From the human T2T-CHM13v2.0 reference genome, Homo sapiens: 64,000 bases of DNA. The notes beneath the pieces are model-generated. The model was not told the origin of the DNA. It saw only the letters and a program-made list of their open reading frames with translations, and ran no database searches. Location of the stretch: assembly GCF_009914755.1 (NCBI RefSeq), contig NC_060935.1; one strand, written 5' to 3'. How positions within the stretch are numbered: the first letter of the stretch is position 1; each line of letters begins with the position of its first letter. Positions 1 to 14,326 of this stretch are shown here, piece by piece. The translations under genes and the position numbers were made by a program.

Positions 1-1996
1 TACTGACTTCTGATTTTTCAACTTAGACATCACTGATCTCTTTCTTTTGACCACTCTAGATTGCGGCATGAAAAATACCTATAGTCAAGAAAGCCAAACA
101 ATCAGAGGGCTCATGTTTTTTTTCTTTCCCTCCTTTCAGAAATCAGTTTGATATTGTCTGTTGTCAAACATCAGAAAAGTTGTGTTTCATTTATTTTGCC
201 TGATTATCTAGTTGTTTATGGCCCAAAGACAATTTCAGTAGGAGTTTATCTTTCATGGATGGCAGTGAAAATTCACTCACTAAATTTTAACTATGCTGAA
301 TCACTATGTTGAAAAATTACTCAAATTCAAAAAATATTATTTTCACTGACATGGAATTTTTTTTTGCTTACCCATAAATCATAAAATCTAAGGAACAAAA
401 TAGCTTAATGTTATTTCATCTAATGACCCTTCTTGTTTAGAATGTAGGAATCTTTAGCCAATGTCAGGCAATTGACCTTCAAGGAACTTACATTCACCAC
501 TGTATAATTATTCAACACAATCTACCAAACTACCTCTAGCAAATAACTTACGAGAAAAAAATACCAGCTGCTTTTATAAATTATGTTTTCTTATGTTTTT
601 TTTCTCATTAGATAGACAGGAGAAATGAAAAAAAATTATCCTAAGAAGATGCTCCAGTGACAGCAGTTGTTTCTTGAGATCAACTGTGAACTGCCATTTT
701 TACTTAGATGTACCAACACCCCTTCTAAGGGCATCTACACATGATTACCATCAAGTGAATGTCTTCTCTGCATTGGTGATGTTTGCTCTAAAAATAGACA
801 AACTATAAATAGCATTTTGAAATCAATAGAGTAGAAACAGGGAAATGGTAAAGCATAAGAGATCTTGACATTATTCCATAGAACACATTTGCTGTGAGGA
901 GAGAAAGTGGCTAAGGATAGGCTGATCACTAAGAATCCCAGGATTTAAGAATATGCAGAGAGGGGCATCAGGGAAAATGCCCACTTTCCTCTCAAATCAT
1001 TTTGTTCTTGGTTAGTGAGCTGCATTATATGCTTTTTTCTAGTTCTACCTACTCCTAATCCTGATTCAATCTGAACTTTTTCTGAATCCTCCGAGCACAG
1101 TAGACAGCAAACAATCCCAGATCTTTCCTCAGTGCTTTATTTTACTCAAGAGAAACTGTATTCCGGGCCTAATTTACCCAATTCTTCAAGCTACAAAGTT
1201 ATTCGAGTTCAATATACACAAAACAGTCAAATAACAAAATCTTTACTTTCTTCTATGGCTGAACTTCTCTGCATACCCAGAGACACAGAGCTCAATGCCC
1301 AGAAAATGCCACAAATTAATTAAGACAGAATTCCTATAGGTTGAAACCTGATGTAATTATTTTTAAGGCTCCGTAGGTGATCATAACGTGTAGCAAAATT
1401 AAGGATAACTACCCTAGGACCTCAGGTTCAATAAAAAATTTGAACAAAGTCCAGATGGCTAATGAAAACTCATACTTGTACAGCAACTGAATTATCTGGA
1501 AAACATTTCCATGTATATTATTGATTTTTATTTTTAAAACAGTCTTGAAAATTGATATTATAACTCTATTTTTCAGAAATAGGAGTTAACTTGTGATTGT
1601 TGGCCCAGGCTACTAGGATTTGAGATGAGATGAGCTCATGTTTTCATTGTGGGTGTAATATTTTGGAACTGCATAGATGACAAGGGAGATACCATCTCCA
1701 GGATAAAATACATCTTTAATTCCAAGAAATAAGATATACTAGTAGTGGCCTCTAAGGTAATTAAGGAAGATACGGATAGTAAAACTCCAGGTGGAGCTTT
1801 TTCCCACCTTCATGATCTCCAAAACACTCCAAAGTTGCCTGAATCCTGGAAAACATTAGAAGGAGTGAGGAGATAAAATAAGGAAAAGTAAGGAAAGAAT
1901 TCAAGATAACAAACTCAGGGGCAGATGCTTATATCTAGCCTAACCAGAAAGCCTCATATATAGCCTTCCTTAGGCTCTTCTCTTTCATCCCTGCAG

Positions 1997-2572
<576 letters not shown>

Positions 2573-2664
2573 AGAGGGGCATCAGGGAAAATGCCCCTTT
2601 CCCTCTCAAATGATGTTGCTCTTGATGGATGAGCTGCATTATATGCTTTTTTCTAGTTCCAACC

Positions 2665-4060
<1,396 letters not shown>

Positions 4061-4259
4061 CTAATAAAGTATTAAATAAAATATGTTTCTACCTCTTGCT
4101 TTGACAAGCTACCTTTATAGCCCTACAAAGCCAGATTCAAATTAGAGTCCTAAGAATCTTCAAAGTTCCATGTCAGAAGGTGGCCAGGGAAAGCTGCCCT
4201 GGCTCCCAAGTGCCTGCCCATGGCCCAAAGCTTCCCTCCTCCACTTCCCACTGCCAGCT

Positions 4260-4297
4260 GGGTTAGGGTTAGCATTAGGGTTAGGGTTAGGGTTAGA
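4260..4297 (+). repeat. Short interstitial telomeric sequence, (TTAGGG)n, about 6 units with one degenerate
   Basis: gggttagggttagcattagggttagggttagggttaga. Confidence 0.85.
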
Positions 4298-5314
4298 GCC
4301 AGGAAAGAAGCTTACACAGACCCTGGAAGATTAGGAGTCTAGCCCCAAACTAGATCTATGTATGATCTTTCAGGCCTGACTGTAGGAATTACCAAGACAC
4401 ACAAGCAATTTCTTTGTGTGGCAGGCCTCGTGAGGAAAATCTGCCCTCCCCTCACCAGACTTGGTGCACAGCCAATGCATTGCAGTCTCCAAGAGATTTG
4501 CAGTCAAGGACTCACACCCTCTCCCAGCCCCTACCCCCCTGGCCCACAACCTTATGTATATCTGCATTCCTACCTTAGGTGCTTCCATTCAGAGACCTCC
4601 TCGATAGAGGGAGTGAGGGAAGGGGGACCTCTGCTGAGACACTGCTCAAGTGTGTCTGCCACAGGAGAGACTTGAAGACACTTTTCTTTAGTACTCAGAC
4701 TTTTCCACACAGAGAACTTCCCCCTCTCACTGACCCCGATCCTTTCCCCACTCCCACCCTGTCTGGGCTGATCCACCTGACCCTTCCCAGTGCTGTGCTG
4801 TTCTGCAGGGGGAGAGGGCACCTCCTTCTTTCTCTTTTTGCCTCTTGCTTACACAATAAGCAAACTGCAATAAGTGAATAAAGGCTTCCTTGTCACTTTC
4901 AGTTTGTCTCAATGTCTTAGAAATGGGAGCATAGGCTCCAGCTAGATGCTTTCCCTTTGGTTCTGCAGACTAATTTGGAAGATGTGGTCAGTGGATGGCC
5001 AGAGCAGAGTCCAGGAAAAGGAGCCCTCTCAGCAAGGCTAAGAAGGTCCACAGATGCACTCCCTTACCGCTATTATTTGACCTGTCACTGTTTCTCTACC
5101 TCTCCTCCTACCTCCAAACTAGCTAAGCCCACAACTGAAATAAAAAGTAACATTTGTCCTTCACACTACAATTTATAAAGCACATTAACACTCAATATCA
5201 ATTAATCTTACATCCTTATGACCTCATAACATTATTCCCATTTTATAGATAAGAACATTGGGGTTAAGACTTACCCAAAGGCACAAGTGAGAAATTGGCA
5301 CCCCGACCCCATAT

Positions 5315-5404
5315 CTTTTAACTATAGATTTCAAAATTCATGCTTTTTTAAACTATAGCTTTCAAAAATTCAGGCTTTTTAAACTATAAATTTCAAAATT
5401 CATG
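5315..5404. repeat. Tandem repeat, ~30 bp x3
   Basis: Unit approximately ctttttaaactatagatttcaaaattcatg, repeated three times with small variations. Confidence 0.85.
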
Positions 5405-5589
5405 CGAAATTCTACTACTCAGCCTTGCCATGCATCTCCCAGCTTTGCAGGAGGATCTAATCTGGTCTTTAAAAAGCTTCAAAAAGTTTGGGGCGGAGGA
5501 TTTTATCACTAAAAGCAGAGAGGGTATAAAAAAAACAGTCAGGGCTCAGATCTAAAACCATCATGGCAGGAAGAATAAAACACAAGGAC

Positions 5590-6059
5590 AGCAATCTCTG
5601 TCAGGGTCTTAATGCTCCATTCTCATCTCAAAACACAAAATGAGGGCCTTTAATGCACTTAAACAAATGCTAACCAAATTCCACACCAATTACTTGGAAT
5701 ATATGTTCTCAAGCCCTCAATCTTCATACCACCCCACTGAAAATACTTCATTAATGAAAGGACAATAGAAAGCCACTGGGCTTTATCTGTTCAGAGATGC
5801 AGCTTGCAGCAGCCCCGGATAAAGTCTGACCCTCCTCCAGAAAACATCCACTCAAGTTATGCCTCTCTCTAATTACCAGGATGCTTGGACAAGGGCCTAG
5901 CATTTTATTTAGAGAATCATCCCTGCTCCCAGCACAAATAAATACAAGACTGCAGCTGCAGATACTGTCTACTCAGAGCCGGCTTCCTGCAGTTACCATG
6001 TTGTCACCCTATCCTAGGATCTCATCTAGCCACCTCTGCACCCCAAGCTCAGCAGGACC
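5590..6059 (+). promoter_or_regulatory. Duplicated PANX3-like proximal promoter/5'UTR (copy A)
   Basis: Lies directly upstream of the PANX3-like ATG and aligns with 48320-48752 (cacaaaatgagggcctttaatgcacttaaacaaatgc vs cacaaaatgagagccttcaatacacttaagcaaatgc; taattaccagg; tatttagagaa). Confidence 0.6.
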
Positions 6060-6287
6060 ATGTCATTCACTCACACGGCTACAGAGAACATGCTGTCAGA
6101 TGCCCTGTTGCCTGACTAGTGACCCTGTCTCAAGGGGCTAGGCCTGGATCCACCTCCCCCAACCACCCAACCAAACCAAATGGTCAAGTTTATAGCTATA
6201 TCCCCCATCACCACCACTAAATGGCCATTTGCAGCTGCAACCTTCCCCTGCTGTTGAAGTCCCTGACATTTGGCCAGGAATTATCTG
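6060..6287 (+). pseudogene. Pannexin-3 (PANX3)-like exon 1 remnant, copy A
   Basis: From ATG 6060: MSFTHTATENMLSDALLPD**PCLKGLGLD...QMVKFIAI, then a frameshift and PLLLKSLTFGQELS-G followed by GT at 6288. Compare recalled PANX3 MSLAHTAAEYMLSDALLPDRRGPRLKGLRLELPLDRIVKFVAVGSPLLLMSLAFAQEFSSG. Confidence 0.9.
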
Positions 6288-7450
6288 GTGAATTGTCTCA
6301 GAGCAGGAAAGAATCTCACCACCTTCTACTACTCTTTCCGTAGGTTTTAGAGTAAGACAGCTCAAAGTATGAATCCCTCAGTGACTAGATTTCCTAACCC
6401 TGGGCTGGGTTGAGTTACCCAACAGGCAGATCAACTGTATGCTTAGGACACCAGCACAGTGAGTGTCTTTGAAAAGCGTTTCTAAAATTTTACAATGAAA
6501 ACAGCAACCACAACAGCAAAACTCTAAAGAGAAGCTACTTTAATTCCTGCAAATATGTAAGTTAAATAAAAACTTTTTTAGTTTGAATTTCCAGTGGGTG
6601 GCCTCTAAAGGTCTGAATCAGGCCATGCTTTGGCAAGTCACGTATCCAAGACCTCTGGACTCCCCTCCTCCCGGGAGACTGATTGCATCACCTAAGTGAC
6701 ATCATGCCTGCCACAGGATAGGTGGTGAATAATCGTCACTTCCTTTCCCTTCTTTCTCCACTTCCCTGTGTTTCTCTCTACAAACTCAAGACACGCAAAC
6801 ATAAGCAAACCCACATATCTGTCTTTTTAGGTTCCAACTCAGCAATTCCACAACCCCTATTAAAAAGAACGTGGGGCATGCGAGAATTAGGATTTCTGAT
6901 TCTCTCCCCTGCCTGTGCTGTAGACTGAAGGCACTTCCCAGGAGCATTTCCCCAGTCTCCCCACTGCCTCGTCCTTCAGCCATAAGATGGAGACAAGGGT
7001 TGCTCTCACTCAAGACTCCTTTCCTCTTTGTAGCGTCATGCCCCCACCCTCCTCTGTTTCAGAAATCTAGGCAGAAACTCTTCTACAAGTGACAGCTGTC
7101 CTAGGAAGGCACTCTGGTGCAACAAAAACAGCCCGTTGCTGACTTGCCTGGGAGTCAAGAGGAATCTTTGGGAGACAAGAGCTGTAAGACCAGAAGCCTG
7201 AGTCAGAACACTTGGCTGAACTGGGGCAAACAGCAGGTGCTGTCCCCTGCCACACTCTGCACTACTGTGGCCCAGCAGGTACCAACCCAGAAAACAGGAG
7301 CATGGCAGGAGGCAGGGAAAAAAACTGGAAGAGTAGATACACAGATAAAAAAGTGGCCTCTAGCGACTCCTAGGTGGTGGCTCTCCAAGCTCCTCCACTT
7401 CCTCCTCTGTGCTAGCTCGGGCCTGCGTCAAAGCCACATTCCTGTCCCAG

Positions 7451-7575
7451 CATCTACTCTTGCAACATCCGCTCCAAGCAGACTGCCTACACAGACAGCT
7501 CCTGTGGGTTCGCCTTGGCCACTGCAACCAGGATGAGCCAGGCTGATAAAACACGGCACCCTCTGGCTTCCCACA
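7451..7575 (+). pseudogene. PANX3-like exon 2 remnant, copy A
   Basis: After an AG at 7449-7450: IYSCNIRSKQTAYTDSSCGFAL, then shifted-frame HCNQDEPG...DK...LW. Compare recalled PANX3 SPSNFSIRQAAYVDSSCWDSLLHHKQDGPGQDKMKSLWPHK. Confidence 0.8.
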
Positions 7576-8699
7576 TTACAGCAAATAGAGGCTACCTCAC
7601 TAAGCAGAGTGAAAGAGCAACCACCACATAACATTCTTTAATCTGTAAAACTGATATTTCTCTAATCTGGGTAAAACTGTCATAGGAGAGATGATTGGGT
7701 CCAGTGACCCAAAAACTCTGTAGTCTGTAAGCCAACTTCCAGCTCTAAATTTTAATTGATTTCTGACTTTATTTTAGAAAATGTGACCTTTTTCCCCATT
7801 ATTTTTCTCCCATGAGTTTCACCCAATACCAAGAAATAGCCAAAGAAAGCATAAGAGAGAAGGAATTATTTTGTGCTTATTAAAACAAAAAACAAGTCTA
7901 TTTATTAATTTTATGAATTGTTATTTCTAACCACTTAGCAGTTTGAATGTTCAGGAAAAAAAAAAATGTCCTCCCTCTAAAACAGAGAAAAATGCTGAAT
8001 GAAAATGTTAATAACAAACATACTAACCCACCAATTGGCTTAGCTGGTCTAAAAATAAGAGATTTTAGAAGTAAAAAATAAAGACAGAAGCACAGCATCT
8101 AACAGTATAGATAAGGCTGGAGCCACTGTTTCCCTTGGAAGTGTCTGCCAGTCGTAGGAGGCCTGCAGCCTGGGTTTTGACACATGAGGGGCGAGAGATG
8201 AAGCCTGGAGCCCAGGCAGGATGGATGTAGAATTAGAGGCCACCTTACCTCCCCACAACCCTCATAAACCAACGCCAAAAGTATGTAAAGCCTGAGTGAA
8301 TGAGCCAGAAAAGAAGTGTCCCTTCAGGGAGATGGTGAGGATACAGGCTGGTCTCAACCTTGACTCTGGATGGAAAGGGAAAACAGAGAGAAAGGAAAAG
8401 CCTCTGCTTTAAGAATTCTTTACCACACCAGCATACACAGGTGCATAGACCTGGAATTTACATTACCTCTACATGACATGTAAAACCCCAAGCCAAACAT
8501 CTATTAGAAGGAAGTCCTAGATGTCATTATTTATAACTAATTAGAAGTGGGTTAAGTGCTCCAAAGGTAAGTTGAGGGTCTTACGGACTCATTAACTGGG
8601 GAAACTGAACTGACTTTCTAAGGTAAGGTACAGCCTCTCTGAAGAAGTGAAATTCAGATACCCGAAGGATAAGGAAGTGCAGTCACTATCTGGCTTCTC

Positions 8700-8730
8700 A
8701 TTGCTTCTCTGCCTTTTGGCTAAGATCAAG
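8700..8730 (+). pseudogene. 3'-truncated U2 snRNA retropseudogene (about nt 1-31)
   Basis: attgcttctctgccttttggctaagatcaag vs U2 ATCGCTTCTCGGCCTTTTGGCTAAGATCAAG (2 mismatches, both at CpGs). Flanked by at(c/t)tggcttctca direct repeats. Confidence 0.88.
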
Positions 8731-9179
8731 AGAGATTTGGCTTCTCAGTATCAGAACCCTGTTCTCACTGGGGAATCTGCCCTTGTGTGAATCTTAGTTG
8801 AAATCTTCCCACTAGTAAGACCAGACACTAGCTCTCAGACTCCTGGAATCCACAGCCCAACCACACCACCCCATCTCAGCCAATCAGATGCTCTGCATAG
8901 GTCTTGGCTTCCAAAACAAATATTATGAAGAAACCAGGGTCATAGAGAGTTCACAAAGCAAAGACAAAGACAGTGTCTTCCAGCAACCAGCTGTGGTGGT
9001 GTATGTGATATTCCGTTGCCAGTGTAACATAATTGGACTATCCCAAGACTGTGTATGATTCTAGCCATTGGTAGAAAGGTTAAATATGACCTACACTACA
9101 AGGAAAACATTAAGAGGACAAATACTCTTTGGAAAGCATTCAAAAAGAGTCCTAGTAACCATCACCACTCAAAGTCAAG

Positions 9180-9930
9180 AAGAAAATGACAAAGGTTTCA
9201 TTGCAGCAAGTTAGATAGTCTTGTTCCTCAAGGTGTTGAACAGACCGTTCATCACTGGCCCCATCTTGGTGAAGGACACTGTAATTTACACTAACCCATA
9301 GCTTCTGGAGATCTGAGGTACATGAATGTCCCTAATCCAAAAAAAGAAATAAACAGATTTATGGAATCTGGCTGAAGATTTGGACCACTGGGTTAATGAA
9401 AAATGTTGAAAAGAATGAAAACAAAATATGAAAATGATAACACAGCATGGTACACTGCTGGTTCTCATGAATACAAATCCACCTGCTTCTGACATAGGTA
9501 CTGATTCAGGCAGCCTGAAGCGGGCCTATGTTACACAAGTTAAGGCTCATGCAACTGTGATCACAAAACAGGAATTGGTCCATGTCCCTTGATGGACCAC
9601 AGCATCAGCAAATTCTATAACTTATGAACCATCTACAGAAATGAAACTTATGAAAGAGACCGGCAGGGTCATGGCCTCATAGTGATCCAAGGCCAGTGGG
9701 ATAAATATGGAGTAATCACTAATGACAAAGAAGCCAGAGGAAAAGGCTGAGTGTTTGATGTCACATAGGTGATGATGTTCTTTTCTGTCACAAAGCTTAT
9801 TGTCATTTGGGGAGAAATGACAGAGGAATAGAAGAAACCTATGAAGGAAAAGCTAAAGATATAAAGGTACATGGAGGTGTGGCAGTGGGTACATGGAGGT
9901 GTGGTGTGGTCATCCCAGTTAGGGTGACCA
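9180..9930 (-). pseudogene. Heavily decayed OR8-family olfactory receptor pseudogene lacking its N-terminus
   Basis: Minus-strand motifs HTSMYLYIFSFSFIGFFYSSVISPQM...EKNIITY; LDHYEA (MAYDRYVA equivalent); FFGLGTFMYLRSP; PVMNGLFNTLRNK. Multiple stops and frameshifts. Confidence 0.85.
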
Positions 9931-10477
9931 AAACACAGAGTAGAGAGAGGGTTGAAGCTCTGGCTCACCTGTCAACTTAGCGAAAATATATCTGAGAAAA
10001 GAATGACTAAACAACACATAGGTCAAGGAAGAAGAAATCACAGGGAAAATCGAAAAATATTTTGAATAGAAAAATAAGAAAGACACAACAGGAATCTCTC
10101 CTGAGAAAATAATCAGAAATCTAGATAAAAATTTTAACACATTCTTTCAGTAGGAGATTGCTTAATTTTTTAAAAAATTTTAACACAAAACTCATAGTTA
10201 TGGTATTATTTATATCAATTAAATGTTGGGGAGACTGACACAGTGTTAATGTTTAGCAACAGGAAAAAGCTGAAATAAAATATGACATAGCTACATGATT
10301 AATTAAGTCCATGGAAAATTACAATTCAAAAAAATATTGATAAGGAATAAAGATCACATTATAATGATAAGTTAAACAACATTTTGTAACACAGCACATA
10401 CAGGATGATCCCACTGGAAGAGACTTTCATATTCCAGACAATATTCTCCTTTCCTGTTCTCCGAATGGTGGAGTAGA

Positions 10478-10920
10478 CCAGTTAGCTATTATTATACAAC
10501 CAAACACAATCTCATTGGCATACAACAAGGAATATTTGTTTCTCATATGTCTACAAATTGATTGTGGTAGTTCGTCTTGTCTGGGCTCAGCTGGGCCGCA
10601 CTGCTTGCTCTGCACAGTGAACACTGCTCCTCGTGTGTTCATATTGAGAATTAGTTGGGAGCGGCAGCATTTACCCAGGAGGGACTCTTCTCAAGGCAAT
10701 GGCAGAAGCCGAAGAGGGCAAATACCATGCAAAGATATTCCAAGCTCCTGCTAACATCTCATCTACTAATATCCTATTAGCCAAAATAGTTCACCTGGCC
10801 AAGCCAACAGTCATAGGCAAGGAAAAATATACCCTACTTCTGTGAGACCATGGCAAGGGAATGGATATATAATACTACTAGATGAATGACGAATTTTGAC
10901 CAATAACTCAAACTACCACA
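10478..10920. mobile_element. Old MaLR LTR (MLT1-type)
   Basis: Resembles MLT1 consensus segments (gggctcagctgggc; ctaatatcctattagccaaaatagttcacctggccaagcc). Confidence 0.6.
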
Positions 10921-11401
10921 TTGAGATATAGGTAATCATTTTCTTCACACATATTTCACATTCCAAATTTTCAACAATAATATATGAGTTGCTCCAAGAA
11001 TCAGAAAAAGAAAAACCATGTGCCTCATTAGTTAAAATAGATAAGCACGTATAGAACTTTGTGACGGATTAAAAATACTTGCCATCCTGATATTCTTAAC
11101 TATCAGAGGCTCTGACCTCACCACAATATCAACCAAATAGTGATGGGAGTGGTGCAACCACGAGATGAGGACAGAAGATCAGGGAACCAAAATGTTACCC
11201 TGTGGCTCCAGGGCTGGGGTCCACAGTGATGCATCCAGGGCCAAGTGTGCCTCTGTTCTTTCTCTCCCTCCTCAGCTGCATCCCTTCCCAGACCTCTTCT
11301 GTGATTGGCTCCTCTTCTTTTTACCCCTGCATTGTTCTCTTATCCCATCCTCTTCTAGGCTGTTTCCTTTGGAAAATGCCTTTTTATACAACTTTAAAAC
11401 A

Positions 11402-11505
11402 AGATAGGTGGATGAATAGATAGGCAGATAGATTAGATAAATTAGATAGATATGTACATACATACACAGATACATGCATAGATAGAAAGATACATAGATA
11501 GATAT
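11402..11505. repeat. Degenerate (GATA)n microsatellite
   Basis: agataggtggatgaatagataggcagatagattagat... Confidence 0.8.
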
Positions 11506-12121
11506 GCTCGAATATGAGAAGATTCATAGGAAATCAGCAACAACTGTTGTTTTTAGGAAGGAGATTTTAGGAATGGAATGATAAGATAGGAGGAAGACAT
11601 ATTTTCACTGTATAACCCCCATTTATATTGTTTAGTGCTGTACCATACGCAAATATTACTTAGTCAAAATATATGACTTTTTAAATGATACTTAGAGTTC
11701 ATTTTTCTCATGACTAAGCAGAGTTCCAGGAAGATGAAGTGACTTGTCTCAGCTCATGGAAAAACTCAAGGAAGTGCTGATAATTACATAAAAGAATTAT
11801 TGCAGGGTGATAACTAAAATGTAGTAAGTGCCCTGCATTTAATTCTTCAAAGACCCCACGAAGTCAGAATCATTACATCACTTTCAAAAATAAAAAAATT
11901 AATATTTAGAGACATTAAGTAATTTGCCCAAAGTCACAAAATTACTAAGCAACTGAGCCAGGATACAAAACCAACTTCATCATGTGCCTCACGAATCGCT
12001 GTTTTCATCTGCTCTCTACCTCAAATAGCCTATTCACCTCACCCACCAGACGCCCACCCACAAGTCTCCTGAACTCACTTCTCTTTCCTATTCCACGCTG
12101 ACTAAAGAAAAATCTTTCCCA

Positions 12122-12155
12122 CCACACACACACACACACGTACACACACACACAC
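12122..12155. repeat. (CA)n microsatellite
   Basis: Direct reading of the sequence. Confidence 0.9.
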
Positions 12156-13393
12156 TCTCAGTCTTATGACTTCAAGCCCTTCGTGTCATACCAAAGAACA
12201 AAACTACACCCTCATCTAAACTTCCCTTTTTCCCAAAGAATATTCCCAAGGAAAAGCTCAGAAATCAAAGTGTCTCCCCAGCACTTAACATGGTTAATGC
12301 TAATCCAAAGAACCTTCCTTTGCTACTAATAAATTATTTAGATCAAAGTGTATTGATCTGGCGTGTTCTATAACTATCATTATATGTTGTGGGTTTACAA
12401 CCCAGTCTTGGATGAATTATCTTTTACCACATATGTTTATATGAGTGCAGTCTGCAGTACCTTAAAATTCAATGGAAATTGCCTCTTTTAATAATCAGCT
12501 GCTTAGTGCTGTTTTAATAACTAACTAGATTCTCAACATTATTTACTTCGCCTCGAAAACTTCCAGACCCTTAGTTGATTATCCTAAGCCACATATTTCT
12601 CCATCACAGCTCAAACACCCAAACTAACCCTTGAAAAAGCTCTACATTCTGATTCTTTAAGTTTTCAAATGAATGTATGATTTCTACTCAGCATCTTTAT
12701 AACCCTTAATCCTATGGAAGTCCTAATTCCCTAGACTGGGTTCCTAGGGTTCCACACAACCTCAATCTTAACTCAATGTCAGTCACATTCTACAAACTTG
12801 ACACAATTCTCTTCTCATTTGGTGAAGACCAACTTAAGAAAATGTTTCATCTTCTATCCTCTTGAAAAAAAATGAAATATTTAAAAATTATTTATTGAGA
12901 GGTCACATTAAATTACTATGAATAGAATTAGGTTTTAATGTGTTAAGTTTTCTTACTTTTAAAAGGATATCTGCAAGGGCAGCAATGAAGCATGAAAAAA
13001 TGACATAAAGAAAAAAAAAGCAGCCTGGAATTCAAGGACCTGGATTCCATTCCCAGTTGTGGCACCAAGTAGTTGTGTGTCCTTGAGCAACATATGTATT
13101 TCTGAGTCTCCAACACATGTTAATTGAAGAGACTAGATTAAATAATGTGTAAGGCCAATTCACGATTAAATGGTCTATGATTATAGAAAAATTTGCATAA
13201 AATGAAGAAATCCTGGAATAACTAGGTGAAGCAGAGACAGGGAGAATATGTCTGCACTTAACACTCATCCAAATGTAAAGATTTAAAATTCTTTTTCTGT
13301 ACAAGACAGGAAAAAAATGGAACTTGAATCTCACTGAAAACACACACTAATAAGCAAAGCATTGTATCTCCTTCCTCCAATACTAATCCTTTC

Positions 13394-14326
13394 TTAAGAA
13401 AAGATTTTTCTGCCCAAAGTTCTCCTCAGGGCAACTTTGACATCCTTGTTCCTCAAGCTATAGATTAATGGGTTTAACACGGGGACTATTATGGTATAGA
13501 ACAGGGAGGACACTTTCCCTTGCTCGAGGGGCAGGATGGAAAGGGGTTTGAGATACATGAAAGCACCAGAACCAAAGAAAAGAGAAACTACAATTATGTG
13601 GGAACTGCAAGTACTAAAGGCTTTGGACCTGCCTTCTGTAGAACTGTTGTGTAGAATGCTGGAGAGGATGAGGGCATAAGAAATAAAGACAGTGACAATG
13701 GGCATTCCAACGTCAACAGCCACCACAATAAAGACCACCAGCTCATTCATGTAAGAGCTGTTGCAGGAGAGCTCAAGGAGAGGAAGGATGTCACACATGA
13801 AATGATTGACAAGGTTGTCAGCACAGAAGGTCAGGTTCATTATGCTTCCTGTGTGGGCCATGGCCCCAGCAAACCCCATCCCATAGGCACCCAACAAAAG
13901 GAGCAAACACACCTGGCAAGACATGGTGACTGTGTACAACAGTGGGTTACAGATGGCCACGTAGCGGTCATACGCCATCGCTGACAGGATGAAGGACTCA
14001 GAGACGACAAAGAAGCAGAAGAAGAAGAGCTGAGTCATACACCCTGTGAAGGAAATGATGTTCTTCCTTGAGACAAAACTCATCAGCATTTTGGGAGTGA
14101 TGGTAGTGGAGAAACAGAAATCTATTAAAGAGAGGTTAAAAAGGAAGAAGTACATGGGAGTGTGCAGGTGAGAGTTCAGCCCAATCAGGGTTATCAAGCC
14201 CAGGTTCCCCACCACGGTGACCGTGTAGAAACCCAGAAACAGGAAGAAGAGGGGGATCCGCAGTCCCGGCTGGTGGGTTAAGCCTTCGAGGATAAACTCT
14301 GTCACAGAAGAGTTTTTGGCTGCCAT
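13394..14326 (-). CDS. OR8B12: Olfactory receptor family 8 subfamily B member 12, 310 aa, intact
   Basis: Single-exon ORF with N-glycosylation site [31 protein letters not shown] and [12 protein letters not shown]. Sequence recognised from memory as OR8B12. Confidence 0.93.
   Translation of the reverse strand: MAAKNSSVTEFILEGLTHQPGLRIPLFFLFLGFYTVTVVGNLGLITLIGLNSHLHTPMYFFLFNLSLIDFCFSTTITPKMLMSFVSRKNIISFTGCMTQLFFFCFFVVSESFILSAMAYDRYVAICNPLLYTVTMSCQVCLLLLLGAYGMGFAGAMAHTGSIMNLTFCADNLVNHFMCDILPLLELSCNSSYMNELVVFIVVAVDVGMPIVTVFISYALILSSILHNSSTEGRSKAFSTCSSHIIVVSLFFGSGAFMYLKPLSILPLEQGKVSSLFYTIIVPVLNPLIYSLRNKDVKVALRRTLGRKIFS

Noticed and set aside
7117-7536. 139-aa plus-strand ORF overlapping the PANX3 exon-2 remnant
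   Set aside because: It is in a different frame from the pannexin homology, has a non-ATG start and shows no recognisable domain.
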